A stretch of 64,000 nt of DNA from Eledone cirrhosa (lineage: Eukaryota). How positions within the stretch are numbered: position 1 is the first letter of the stretch; the number at the start of each line of letters is the position of its first letter. A model generated the notes under the pieces. The model was given only the letters and a program-made list of their open reading frames with translations. It was not told where the DNA came from and did no database searches. The position numbers were made by a program, and so were the translations under genes. Shown here in pieces: positions 25,918-40,819 of the stretch. The stretch spans positions 302,250,001 to 302,314,000 of the forward strand of contig OZ024740.1 in the NCBI GenBank assembly GCA_964016885.1, read 5' to 3'.

Positions 25918-27239
25918 TATATATATATATATATAACATCCTACCGCTTTACACACAGGATCATCGGTCCCCAGTACTTCGGGAAATCATATAATGCAGC
26001 TTACCATAAATGGAATGTCGGGAAGACCATATCGCTGTTGCATTCATACTCTCTTGTTTACAATCAGCTTCAACATTAAACATTAACAGACATCATTTAT
26101 ATCACAAGTAATTTGCATTTTAATTTCTTTTCCGTTTTGACGGCGTGATAAAAATTTAAACAACTACTTTGATACATTAGTTCAAAATATTAATGTTATA
26201 TATTTGATTACTGAAAACATAATTAATGATAAACATCTAGCATCACAGTATATATATTCATTATATTAATAGCCAACTGTGTAGAATGTAAGTAACAACC
26301 CTCTTTCAATATTGATATGTTAAAAGGAAACCGAGAGGACATGTAGGACAGTATAGACTTGGGTATCATACTATATCAGATAATACATGGAATGAACCTG
26401 ACTGCCTCCTCTTTGAATATAGCTCTTTCCGATCAAGTCTGACCGGATTATAAACAAGAACAATAAACACACACCGACAATTGTTTTAGGCGGGTGGTTA
26501 GACTTAATTAAATGAAAACAGTGAATAATCATGTTATTGTCCTTTTCATCTATCAAAGATATCTTTATAATAAATATGTTTCACAGTCAGCCTAATTTAA
26601 TAATTTAATGGATTTTTGTATTTTCCTTTAATCTGAAGTACACAAAACGAGAATGCATGAAATTCGTCTATTTGCAAGAGAGATAAAAGCGATATTTAGA
26701 AATTGCTTAAAGCAACTGGATATTTATAGTTACGGTTTCAAAGACAAGAAGTTCTAAATATAAGTCATATATTCTACACGAATCTCTTGTCGTCACGTTA
26801 ACAGAATTCCCTTAACTTCCCCCCCCCCCCCCGCACTACCCGTTCGTTTCCCTACACAATTCTCCCCTAACATCCGTCCTCTACAACCATCCATAACCAA
26901 TGAGTTCTGAACCTTGGCTCCTGGCTCCTTTGTTTTCCTTATGGTCAGTATCACCTTATTTCACGTTGACACACAACCTGCAAACATCGCTCGTTCTCCC
27001 ATATGATGCAGATGATTCTTGAGCGTTGAACGCTGCTTAACACATTCTATACTGCTCTGCATACTAATTAGTCCTTGTCGCATACCTTCTTAGCTACCTC
27101 TTCACTTGACGAGATGCGAGCAGCCCCTAACTCGCTTGATTTGACAGACACATTTCCTCCACATCACGTTCTATCATTTTATAAAATTGCATGTTTGTTA
27201 ATATGAACCTGAGAATTTTTCACGTGGTACATGTTTGGC

Positions 27240-27560
27240 TATAGATCTGCCCGACATGGTAGGACAATTAACAAACTCAATCTCACTAAACCCATAGACA
27301 CTTGCACCAATATCAGCTTTCCAGATGTAAGACATTTCTACCTACACACAACCTTTATTCACTGCGATTACCTCCTCGTCTAATTTCTGTCAATTGCATC
27401 CACTTATTTTTACTTGATCACTCAGACGAAGGATCTTTGTCCGATAAATCAGATAATTTCACTTTCCACTCATCTGAACTAATTATTGACACCTAAAAAT
27501 CCTCTTAGTTTCCATGGCTTCGTCCGTAGATTGATTTTGTTGACTCTATTATCGGTCTAA
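27240..27560 (+). mobile_element. Possible old Penelope-like 3' remnant with a decayed HHR
   Basis: cagacga a gga tctttg tcc gataa at 27423-27448; upstream KLNLTKP resembles PLE ORF ends. Weak. Confidence 0.3.
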
Positions 27561-27883
27561 CCAACAGATTGCTTCTTTTATTTTGTAACTCCAACCTCAC
27601 TCTATATGCTGTATATTGTTCATTTCTATCTTAGGCGCAATGCTACATATTCGGAATGAATTATACCATTAATGGTAATATATCAATGAAAGGTTAGTCG
27701 AATGATATCATTCTTGGGGAGTTATAGATAGATTTGGAATGGAATCTAAGGACTGCAGAAACAGATCTTTGCTGCAGACTTGTCTTCTTGGAAAATTGTT
27801 TTCTGGTCTCAGACAAATATTTCATACTATAAATCAAACACGCACTTACACACAGAGACACATACAAACCACTCAAACACAAA

Positions 27884-28026
<143 letters not shown>

Positions 28027-29164
28027 AAATCTTTTATGGATTGAATTTGCAGTCAAGATAATTTGCATAATTGTTTTCCGGTATCTTTCAGCTGGGGGTA
28101 TGCCATTATAGTATGTTATTCAATCACAAGATTCTTACATAATGGACGTATGTAGGGTTTAACATTTGATTTAAGCAACATTTATGCAACCATTTATAAT
28201 ATCTGTGAATTGCTTTAATGCTTGTTCTCCTTTTGAGAACAGAAACTCAAGTGGCCTTTGCGTCTTCTTTTTGAAATCCCATCATATGCATATTTTCCCC
28301 TCTTTCTGAAACATTTCCTGTCTCTGGGATTGGCTAATAACAGGATTCGATTAGTTTTCGATCGGTTGGGTGTTTAGACTTGATGTCTACAGATTGGTTT
28401 GAAACTTTGTTAATGTATTCATTTTTCCTATATTTGACTTTATTTGTAGTTTATTCTACATTTTTATCCGATTTTCATTAATGGTTGAACTCTAAACAAC
28501 TTGTTGCTAATTACATTTATTGAAATGGTCGATGGAAAGATGGACAGATGGATAGATGGACGAATAGATGAATTATATGGCCAATGATCTGCCAATTTGC
28601 TAGTCCATCAGATGGATAGATAGTAGAAACAAGTACAGGGATGGGTGAAATTTGTAATTTGCTATGTAAAGTGAGGGTTGGGCAGGGTGGTGTTAGCATG
28701 ATTAATGTCTTGTTCGCAGTATGACTGCGTTATATAAGATGGGAAAATCAATATTATTTAATAGATTCGGTAGTTCGGGGAGAATAAGAGGAAATGAACT
28801 GCGTAAGGTAGAACATCACTTTATCTAATAACCTTTTATATTCATCCTTCATCATTTAACTCCGTAGCCCCTCGATTTTAGGACGTCATCTTTGCATCGT
28901 TTATCAAAGGCAAACCAGCCTGATGGAATACAGGCATCCTCATTGTATATAGACGGGGCCACATTTATATACAGGTTTAATGGCATGGAAAATGCGAATG
29001 AAGATTGGCATATTTTCAATTAAATGACATTATCTAGTGAATTTAAAATATATTTACATTGGAAAACCCCTAACATGTAATTGAAGTAGTGTGGAGGATT
29101 TATATGAAGCCTACTTCCTTACCGTCGTTCTGATTCCCTGTCAGTTGTTCTAGTAGATTAAAAT

Positions 29165-29315
29165 GGCATACCAATGAAGCTTGATAGGTATGCCATTTGA
29201 TCGATCGTAAACGTCGTCCTTGGTGGAATTTGAACTCAGAACGTAAAGTACCGGAAGAGACATTACTAAGAAAACTTCCTGACGCTCTAAACATTCTACA
29301 AATCCATCGGCTTCT
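29165..29315 (-). mobile_element. Diverged tRNA-derived SINE
   Basis: ggaatttgaactcagaacgtaaag is the reverse complement of the family B-box region. Confidence 0.6.
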
Positions 29316-32300
29316 GCTGATATTTTAATTTAGGAAAAATGCTGGCAATTTATGAAGGATGGACAACCCGATTATATCATCATCACCGGTGCTTTTGTCG
29401 ACGCTGAAATGGAAGCCTACTTTGAACTCAAAATATATATTATATAATTTAATACCTCACACTTGTATTCATGTAAAATATAGGAACATATCCAAAACAT
29501 ATTAAGTCATTGCTTATTTCAACACACTAATAAAAACATGTAATTTAATGATACTCAGTAGGCTTGCTTAATGGGGCAGTCATTTCCCATTTGTTTTTAC
29601 AATAATATTATTTCAATGACATTTTTGCATCTACTGTGTTTTACGTTATGTAAAAGCCTTCCATAACCTTCACTGAATATTTGTAAAACACTTACAAGTA
29701 ATATAATAAGATTATTCATTTTAATAGTGAGAAACTAATTCTAAAATGGACAAATACGCTAAAATCCTATTTCATCCTCTCTCAAACTATTTACAATTAT
29801 CGGGAAAATACTTAACTCCAGGAGAGGATTGTCATCTAATACATGCTTCAGGTTTGCTCTCAGAGACATACCAAATAAATTCAGAATGCAAACAATATTT
29901 GTAAAAATACGTATTTTGCGTAGAAGTGCATGCGTGTGTTTTAATGTAATTTCTGTGTATGCAAGGCAAAACTATAAACAAATACATTTGGATATAGTGA
30001 TACAAAGTAGAATAGTTTGAGAGGATTTTATTATTGAATTTGCATCAGTTATAAGCATATTTTTTCTTTTGTAGAATATTATTAATGTACGATTTACTGT
30101 TTACATGTATGAAGCTGTCACTTGTAATATTTTCTTCTAAAATACATATTCGTGTTGCATTCTTATATTCTGTTTCTTCAGTTTCACTTCGTTTAAGCAT
30201 TCACTCTTTATAAATAACATCCATCATAATATTCTAACCAACATACTAGATGGTATATATAAAAGGAAATAAATTTGTTTAGGACAAAAAAGCTCGTTGT
30301 TGAACCCATTAAACATTGACTTAAATATATATTTTTCAATATGTATTTTAATGGAATAATCTACGTCACATAGAGTAATAGATTTAATCTCTAGATACCA
30401 TTTTCGTAGTTGTTCCATCCCCACATTAAATAATTGGCATGAGAAAAAATATGCTAGTGCTGTCTGAAAAGGGAAATTCGGGAATAAAAGTCAACTTGCT
30501 GAAGAATATTGACGTAGGCGAAAAGAAATTATATTGCTGTATCACCGATTGATAAAAGTATATATTGGTTTAAATCAAGAAGAAAGCTATATTTATTCCT
30601 GTTTTCGTTTATATCCATGCAAATTGTTTTGTGACTTGTGGAATTTGAGAACATTATAATATTGTATTACGGCAGTTTAATCAATATAATAGGCGGCGAA
30701 CTGACTGAGTCGTTAAAACATTGGGTAGAATACATTCCAATATTCGTTCCTGCTCGCTGCTCTCTGAGTTCAAATCTTGCGGGGGGGGGGGGTCTACTTA
30801 AAGTGTACTAGTATAATATTGGTGTTGTATTTTCCTCTATATTAATTTTGCATTTCATTTATGTCGCTCTCTATCATTCTCTGAAAAAACCTGTTGGGCT
30901 CAGTCCTGGAGATGCCCTAACGAGCCAATCAAGCAATCAATCAATCAATCCATACATACACACATACACATACATAATCAAAGCGCAAATTGAGAAAATG
31001 AACGTTTACTAAAGTCCAAAGTTTAAGCAGGCGTTTTCCATAAAATTTAAACCTCCATTTTTTTTTTCTCACTCTGATTTTTCTGCTTTCCCTTTATATC
31101 TGAGATGAGCAAATGACAAACTTATAAACTAAGTAATACTTAATTCGTGGAAAAAGTGGTGGTTGTGGTGGTGGTGGTTGCTACTGTTCAGCTGAATTAG
31201 GTACTATTCCAATAGCATATTATTCTGTTAAACAAACAAGGATATGAGCTAGACACATCATCTCACCTTTTAGATTTTACATGCTGTTTGCCATTACATC
31301 ACTGATAAATATCAATATCATAGCAAGGATACTTGGTATCAACACCCCACTTAATTTATCTTTATTTACTATAATTTTGATGGTTTAAACCTTGTCTAAA
31401 TACCGACATTAATTTAGTCCTTAAGATATCTGGCTCACTCCTATCCATTATATATCAATCTGTTCTATATCGTCTAATGTATGTTTGCATAGCATGGGAT
31501 TTCTAGATAGATTCTGATACTGAAATTATGCATTAATCTTCAATAGGGTGACAGTCTGCCATAAATAACAATGCACCAACCGAATTCATAGAATCGTTTA
31601 AACTTATTTCACCTCGACTGGAATTAACTTCCACTGATATCTAATTTTACATTGGAATCTCAAGTTTTATATCTAAATTAGATACAATAGCACGAGACAT
31701 TCTGCTACGACGTTTATGTAGCTTTACATCTGAGCTATCCAGATACTTGGGCTGAAAATATTTCTTCTTCGTTTGTATATGCCCATCTTTAGTCTTCACT
31801 ACTCTCCTGATTATTCTATTTATTAGCAGCTCCTTCTCTTTCTCTAAGGCCAATGCCGACAAAACCTGCACGAAATCAACTAGGCAGAAATTATCTTTCA
31901 CCACAATGTCTACCTAAACTTGTCTTCTAAACTACAACCACTTCTAGTCGTTTATCAAAAGAGCTTTTTTTTTTTTTGTCCTTTTCATAAGATTCTTAGC
32001 CACCTCTTCTCAAACATGTAGTGCAGTAGAAAATCGAATTGCGGAAATCTCTGAAAGCCCCTAAAGATGTTGAGACACAAAGCTTCTTATGTGTAATATA
32101 TATATATATATACAACATTTTTAACACAGCATCATGAAGATTAAATTATTAAAACTCTCTTTCAGAAAGAGAAAATAAATAAATCATATCTTGACACTTG
32201 CGCCATCTCTAAAATAGTCATGTAAGACATAATAGAGACGGTGGTTCATGAATATGGGTAAGCGCTGCTACTAATGCAACTATTGCTTCCATAGAGTTTA

Positions 32301-32459
32301 TCCACTACGACTCATTGGCAAAAATCCACTCGCCCACATAAAACTATTCGAAGAAAGAAATCGTGGCTCAAGAAATATTACTACAACGATGTCTTGTTTC
32401 AAATACCAAACAGTTGAATATCTCTGCCGTAACCATATTTCAAATATCTCTTCCAACAC

Positions 32460-32528
32460 ATTCTCTCTCTCACCTTTTGTATCTCCCTCTTTTGTTATTC
32501 TCTCTCTCTCTCTCTCTATCTATCTCTA

Positions 32529-32561
<33 letters not shown>

Positions 32562-32647
32562 TACTGTCTCTCTTTTAACTAGCGCTATCTCACCAACATT
32601 GTTTTTTTTATCTCACTCCTTCGTTAGACTTTCTCTCTCTCTCACTC

Positions 32648-32707
<60 letters not shown>

Positions 32708-32835
32708 CTATCTCAATCTCTAAGTCTCTTTTTTTTAACAAGCTCTATCTTTCTCACTCTCTTTATATCTCCCTCTTTTTTTGGTATCTTTCTTCCTCCC
32801 TCTCTCTCTCTCTCTCTCTTTTTCTCTTTTTCCTT
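32460..32835. repeat. (CT)n-rich low-complexity tract
   Basis: Several CT runs. Confidence 0.9.
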
Positions 32836-33229
32836 CTTGAAAATAAGTCAAAGCCCAGTGGACAGCTGATGAGAGGAATGTTTTGGTTATTGTCCGTTCT
32901 GTCCAATTTTATGTATATGTTGTTGTGCTAAACTTCGGTACGCATTTTTGATTTATACACACACACATACATACACACGCACACTTAAAACAAACACACA
33001 CACACACATACAAACACAAACACAAACACACACATACACACATACAGATAATGCACTGGCACACACGTACTCACATAAAAATACATACACGCTCGCAAAC
33101 ACACATATATAGTTTTTTACTCCTTTATCTGTTCCAACCGACTAGCTGAAACCATGTTGGTGAACCGCCATTGCAGCAATTGTTTCTATAGCGAGCTTTA
33201 CTTGGTTGGCCATTGATGTAACAGGGAAT

Positions 33230-33402
33230 TAGACACAGTTGCCCTTGTTTGTACTTCATCTCGTTTTGGGGGGTACATCAACCGAGTAGCCTCATTTGCA
33301 GACCGAGCGAGTTACGGCTGATCGTGCTAAAAACTAAAAATAAAATTAGAATTATATTTCTCGCCGTAAGACAGCTGATACATAAATGTAAGTATTCATA
33401 CG

Positions 33403-33448
<46 letters not shown>

Positions 33449-33465
33449 CGCACGCACACGCACGC

Positions 33466-33530
<65 letters not shown>

Positions 33531-33860
33531 CACACATATGTACGTATGGGTTATGTCGAATATTAACGAATCGAATAATAATTCGATTCGTTTATAAACA
33601 AACGACCCGATTAAGCTGCGCCGTGCCGTTGACAAAATATCATCTGTTTTTCAACACTGGCATTGTGGAAAAATCATCATGTTTCTGAGTTATTACCCTT
33701 CATCAGGACTGTAAGCCTCTGCCAATCTGTTGAACAGTTGAAAATATATAGTATTTTCTTAAGAACACATCAGCCAGTTACGGCTGTCGTGCTGAAAGTC
33801 AAAATTAAATTAGAATTATATTTCTCGCCTAGCACAGCTGATACATAAATGAAAGTATCC
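33230..33860 (-). mobile_element. Diverged partial dimer of the HHR-bearing ~440-nt unit (retrozyme-like)
   Basis: Shares ordered blocks with 35720-36088; 33310-33400 and 33777-33860 are direct repeats; HHR at 33672-33710. Confidence 0.7.
33672..33710 (-). ncRNA. Hammerhead motif, probably inactivated (U16.1 to A)
   Basis: AGUC CUGAUGA A GGGU AAUA ACUC A GAAAC AU GAU GAUU. Confidence 0.6.
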
Positions 33861-34044
33861 ATACGTACTCAAATATATTGGACAGTTTACGCTTGTCAGA
33901 GCCATTCCCATTTCGGGTTTACCACAGTTTTGGGTTTGCACTTTATTTATTAACATCCAAACCTGAGAGATACATATAACAACTGTGGATTTTGATCTCA
34001 GAGAGCAATGAACTAGAACAAACTTCCGTCCATACACACGCACG

Positions 34045-34099
<55 letters not shown>

Positions 34100-34187
34100 T
34101 AGAAAGTGAGGGGTTTTTTTGTTTTTTTTTTTGTTTTTACAAAATCAAAAACAACCGAGGTGTCCTACACGAGTGAAAGTATAAAGA

Positions 34188-35610
<1,423 letters not shown>

Positions 35611-35615
35611 ATATA

Positions 35616-35688
<73 letters not shown>

Positions 35689-35980
35689 ATATATATGTAT
35701 ATATATATATATATATATAAATGTAAAAAATGAAATTTCATTTCTCACTCTTAGTACGGCAAACTTAAATATAAGTATGTATACGTACATACATATATAT
35801 ATATATAAAGACGTACAGTAGTATGTATATACATACATACATGCACACATATATATATGTACGTATGGATTCACCGAACATTTATTATAGTGCTCGGTGT
35901 GTTTGTAAACAAACATCCCGAATTAAGCCGTACAGTGTCTAGCAACCATCGTTGCTCATTTGTTCAACACTGACAAAGGA

Positions 35981-36023
35981 ACGCTGTACTAGTTTCAAGC
36001 TTATTAGCTATCGTCAGCAACGT
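35981..36023 (-). ncRNA. Minimal type I hammerhead (inverted unit)
   Basis: ACGUUG CUGACGA UAGCU AAUA AGCUU GAAAC UA GUA^CAGCGU. Confidence 0.8.
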
Positions 36024-36300
36024 ATACCTTCCTGCCAGATGGTTGAACGTCTGAAAGTATATACTTTTCTTATGCATATTAACGGCTGTATACATATATG
36101 TATGTACGTATACATACTTATATTTAAGTAACAGCCATACTAAGAGTGAGAAATGAAATTTCGTTTCATTTTTTTCCGTTTATCGTTTTCGGTACCCCGG
36201 CCGATTAACTCACTTGATATGCAAATTAGGCTGCTCAGCCGTTAATATGCATAAGGAAAGTATATACTTTCAGACGTTCAACCATCTGGCAGGAAGTTAT

Positions 36301-36343
36301 ACGTTGCTGACGATAGCTAATAAGCTTGAAACTTGTACAGCGT
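36301..36343 (+). ncRNA. Minimal type I hammerhead, unit 1 (helix III loop UU, palindrome broken)
   Basis: ACGUUG CUGACGA UAGCU AAUA AGCUU GAAAC UU GUA^CAGCGU. Confidence 0.75.
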
Positions 36344-36737
36344 TCCTTTGTCAGTGTTGAACAAATGAGCAACGATGGTTGCTAGACACTACGACTTAAT
36401 TCGGGATGTTTGTTTACAAACACACCGAGCATTATAATAAATGTTCGGTGAATCCATACGTACATATATATATATATATGTGTGAGCATGTATGTATATA
36501 TATATATACATACTACTGTATGTCTGTATACATATGTGTATGTATGTATACATACTTATATTTAAATAACAACCGTACTAAGAGTGAGAAATGAAATTTC
36601 GTTTCATTTTTTCCGTTTACCGTTTTCGGTACCCCGGCCGATTAACTCACACGATATGCAAATTAGGCTGCTCAGCCGTTAATATGCATAAGGAAAGTAT
36701 ATACTTTCAGACGTTCAACCATCTGGCAGGAAGTTAT

Positions 36738-36780
36738 ACGTTGCTGACGATAGCTAATAAGCTTGAAACTAGTACAGCGT
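36738..36780 (+). ncRNA. Minimal type I hammerhead, unit 2; predicted cleavage after A36774
   Basis: Full core, 6-bp stem I, palindromic ACUAGU helix III. Confidence 0.82.
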
Positions 36781-36898
36781 TCCTTTGTCAGTGTTGAACA
36801 AATGAGCAACGATGGTTGCTAGACACTGTACGGCTTAATTCGGGATGTTTGTTTACAAACACACCGAGCAATATAATAAATGTTCGGTGAATCCATAC

Positions 36899-36945
<47 letters not shown>

Positions 36946-37176
36946 CATGTATGTATATATATATATACATACTACTGTACGTCTGTATTCATACTTATAT
37001 TTAAATAACAACCGTACTAAGAGTGAGAAATGAAATTTCGTTTCATTTTTTCCGTTTATCGTTTTCGGTACCCCGGCCGATTAACTCACACGATATGCAA
37101 ATTAGGCTACTCAGCCGTTAATATGCATAAGGAAAGTATATACTTTCAGACGTTCAACCATCTGGCAGGAAGGTAT

Positions 37177-37219
37177 ACGTTGGTGACGATAGCTAATAAG
37201 CTTGAAACTAGTACAGCGT
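37177..37219 (+). ncRNA. Hammerhead, unit 3, with a C3-to-G change (likely inactive)
   Basis: GUGACGA instead of CUGACGA; the rest is identical. Confidence 0.7.
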
Positions 37220-37341
37220 TCCTTTGTCAGTGTTGAACAAATGAGCAACGATGGTTGCTAGACACTGTACGGCTTAATTCGGGATGTTTGTTTACTAACA
37301 CACCGAGCATTATAATAAATGTTCGGTGAATCCATACGTAC

Positions 37342-37373
<32 letters not shown>

Positions 37374-37490
37374 ATGTATATATATATACATACTACTGTA
37401 CGTCTGTATACATATATGTATGTACGTATACATACTTATATTTAACAGCCGTACTAAGAGTGAGAAATGAAATTTCGTTTCATTTTTTCC

Positions 37491-37536
<46 letters not shown>

Positions 37537-37670
37537 TTATAAACTCGTATAACCACCTGAAGATTGGATCACAATGTTTATACCTCTTACAATCTGCAGA
37601 TATGGTCGATATTGGGGTTTAAACACTTAGGTAGCGCTTTTGTTTAGTATGAACATAAACAAATATTATA

Positions 37671-37872
<202 letters not shown>

Positions 37873-39419
37873 CCATTACTCAGATTACATTCTTTTGAGG
37901 TGTTGAAGATTTATATCTCATAACCAACAAGGGACCATTTGTAAATATGATCATAGTAAGGTGTTGAAAATACAACCAGCATGCCCCTGAGAAATGGTGA
38001 TTTAAAATTGGTTTACACAACGTTTGTGTATAATATGTGCTGAATAAGTTGTCAATGCACATACACCCACAATTCTATATACATACATATATATATATAG
38101 ATACAGGAATGCACATATCTCTGTAAATACTGATATATATGTGTATGTGCATGCCTACGTTTGTGTAGCAACACTTGTTTATACAAACATGATGAGACAT
38201 TTCCTGTGAGATTAGATATGCATACACATTCACTCTCTATCCTCGTACATAGATGTATGTATGTATGTATATAAATATATATGACATTTTAAATGAAACT
38301 CTGATATATCTCTTTGTAGTCACGTACTATAAAAGCATTAACTTGTTTTATATACCTGGATAGTGCGTCACAGAAGAATGCATACCTTTGAATTGTTGCG
38401 ATCAGAATCTCGGAGTGTTTTAACCTGAAAATATTCAATCACGCGTATAAACTATTAAGGGACAGCCCGATGAGTCAATAAAGTAAAGCCAAACCACAGG
38501 TTCCTAATTCATCAATAAAATATTACTTAACGTATTGTATTTTACCGGAAAACCAGAATGATTCTACCGAGCAAAGAATGTTGGTTTCATCTTTGCAAAA
38601 TATAACATCATGGGTTTAAATGAACTTACCAAAATAAAACAACAAAAATGTTCAATGCGTACAGTTTCATTAATGAAGCTATATTTGGTCCTACCTATAT
38701 TTCATTTTACTGTAAACATCTGTTTATTCATAACTTAGAAAATATTAAGTTTGATTTCATTTCAGTTATGTTTTTAGTGACTAACTAAAGCTTTCTTGTT
38801 GAATAGATGAATTCAATTATAAATATATATGTAAAATATTATGCAAGCTCTTTCATCAATCAGGAGACGCTCGTCTCGATTATCTGTGGAAAACAGAGAC
38901 TGGAGGTTTGAACGACGATCGATTATAGAAGCGATTGGTAGAGGCCCGGTCTTTGGACATCTTCTGACCCAATATATGTTAGTAACCGGTTTTGCGGTCG
39001 AAGCAACATTTTTTCTTAACTGGAATATGTTCAATGGCATGTGCTGTCCCAAATTAGAGTCATTTTTATGATGGGGTAAAAGGTATATTGCTCTCACAAT
39101 GGTCGGGTCCGATACGAGTCGAATAGGCTCATATTTTAATGGGAACGTCGCTCCTGTGTGATGGAAAAGCTGCTATATCAAGATTTCATTTGATAACGGT
39201 ATTCAAGGCGGCACATCGGGGTAACCGACGTGCTGTGTGGGGTCATGAGAGCAAATGCTGTCAAAATGCGTCGTCCATGGATACACAACCGCATTTTCGT
39301 TGCTCACAAACGTGGAGACCAAGGAACAACGCCACTTCGATGCGGATCAATTCTCATCACGAAGAGCACTGTTTGATGGAAAGGACACTGAATTGATTCA
39401 CTCGGCGCTGAGTCAATTC

Positions 39420-39930
39420 CCAGGTCTATTGTTTGTCTGACATCTAACCCAGTACAAACTTTCTCATTGTCGAGTCTTCGGCGACAAAACCGGCAACCAC
39501 AACAAGCTGGCTGGCTTGGTGAGGAGGGTGATATTTGAACACCCTGCAGGATGAAATACAAGACCAGGCAATGGGTTGAGGAATTCAGCAGAGTCAACGG
39601 CCAACCAAATAGTACTTTCTTTTTTTTCGCCTGGGAGTGAATGGCCCCAGTTGTTGTCACAACACCTTTCTAGGAGCGGGAATCTCTGAATAAAAAAGCC
39701 TGCGGTTTCGGAAGCATCCGATAATGTTAACCAGTTCTCCTTTTCGGGTAGTGTTTTCGATGCTCAGAGAGTTGGATTGATCGAGTGCAAGGCCTTCCCC
39801 ACTTAAAAACCATTGAAAGCACAGGCATTGCTTGTTCAGAATATGTTACAGGTTTGTGTGACTGGCCGTAGCTTAAAAGTGCACCAAACTCTATAATCGT
39901 TCAAGCAATTACAGTACACTTAGCAGAGTT
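39420..39930 (+). mobile_element. Older bipartite RTE derivative (third subfamily)
   Basis: cttggtgaggagggtgatatttgaacaccctgcaggat, agagtcaacggcca, ctgggagtgaa and gcacaggcattgc occur in the same order as in families A and B. Confidence 0.75.
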
Positions 39931-39990
39931 TGCAGCTATCATATATTTATATACATATATATATATATATGTATATATATATATGTATAC

Positions 39991-40043
<53 letters not shown>

Positions 40044-40045
40044 AC

Positions 40046-40102
<57 letters not shown>

Positions 40103-40104
<2 letters not shown>

Positions 40105-40460
40105 GAAATTTAATTTCGTTTCGTTATTCGTTTTTATCGTTTCCGCTGAACCGGTGCGTACAATGACTCACGTTCTATGCAAATTAGTCTACCCACTACT
40201 AATTTTCATAGAAAAAGCATATAACGATATGTGCTTTTACAATTCTCCAGAGAAGCCGGAAGATGGGTAAATATTGCTGATGAGATGTAATAACATCGAA
40301 ACTAGTCCAATATTCCTGTCTGGCCCTCTGGAGAATAGAGGAAATGTGTTTCCTTGAAAACTCGTATGACTCTAAAACCCGGTCCGTCTGTGTGGTTACA
40401 TACAGACTAGCTGACACTCACTGTAAAGTGTCTAGTGAAAAACTCAGTACATGTACATAT
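40103..40460 (+). mobile_element. Diverged monomer of the retrozyme-like family
   Basis: Starts aatttcgtttc...tttatcgttt...actcac...tatgcaaattag like the 36-kb unit; HHR at the equivalent position; follows (TA)n. Confidence 0.78.
40270..40314 (+). ncRNA. Canonical-core minimal type I hammerhead; predicted cleavage after C40307
   Basis: AAUAUUG CUGAUGA GAUGU AAUA ACAUC GAAAC UA GUC^CAAUAUU: 7-bp stem I, G10.1-C11.1, GUC triplet; enclosed by attctccagag/ctctggagaat. Confidence 0.92.
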
Positions 40461-40532
40461 GGATACATGTGTGTATTTATATGCACACTAATACTTCCGT
40501 ATACATATGTAGATGTACACTTTAACTTAATT

Positions 40533-40570
<38 letters not shown>

Positions 40571-40697
40571 GTGTTAAACGATATTCAATGATTATGTCAA
40601 AGAATGAGTTTAGGCTATATAAGTAAAATTTTCTCTCGGGTTAATCACTACCTTGATTAAACCTTAACCATTTAACATCTCAGGGTATGTCATGTAT

Positions 40698-40757
40698 CAT
40701 TTTATTTTTTCTGATGAGGACGTACTCTTGTACATCCGAAATATGTATAATAAAATG
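40698..40757 (+). ncRNA. Hammerhead motif in a PLE-like tail, slightly decayed
   Basis: CUGAUGA GGACGUAC UCUU GUACAUCC GAAAU AUGU AUA^AUAAAAUG; stem I register offset by a T run. Confidence 0.65.
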
Positions 40758-40819
40758 TAATTGATCAAAAGAACATCTATTTATTAATATTTATATTTAT
40801 ATATTAGACACAGAACTCT

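Larger units (their letters stand above)
35720..37495 (+). mobile_element. Tandem array of ~438-bp HHR-containing non-coding units (~3.2 copies, 36090-37495) preceded by an inverted partial unit (35720-36088); candidate non-LTR retrozyme
   Basis: HHR cores recur at 36307, 36744 and 37183 (periods 437 and 439); units near-identical; both ends run into (TA)n. Confidence 0.85.

Noticed and set aside
36090-37495. CRISPR-like or protein-coding repeat (MKFRFIFSVY..., MFVYKHTE... ORFs)
   Set aside because: Units are whole ~438-bp tandem copies without unique spacers, in a eukaryotic context; the short ORFs are not kept in the diverged relatives.
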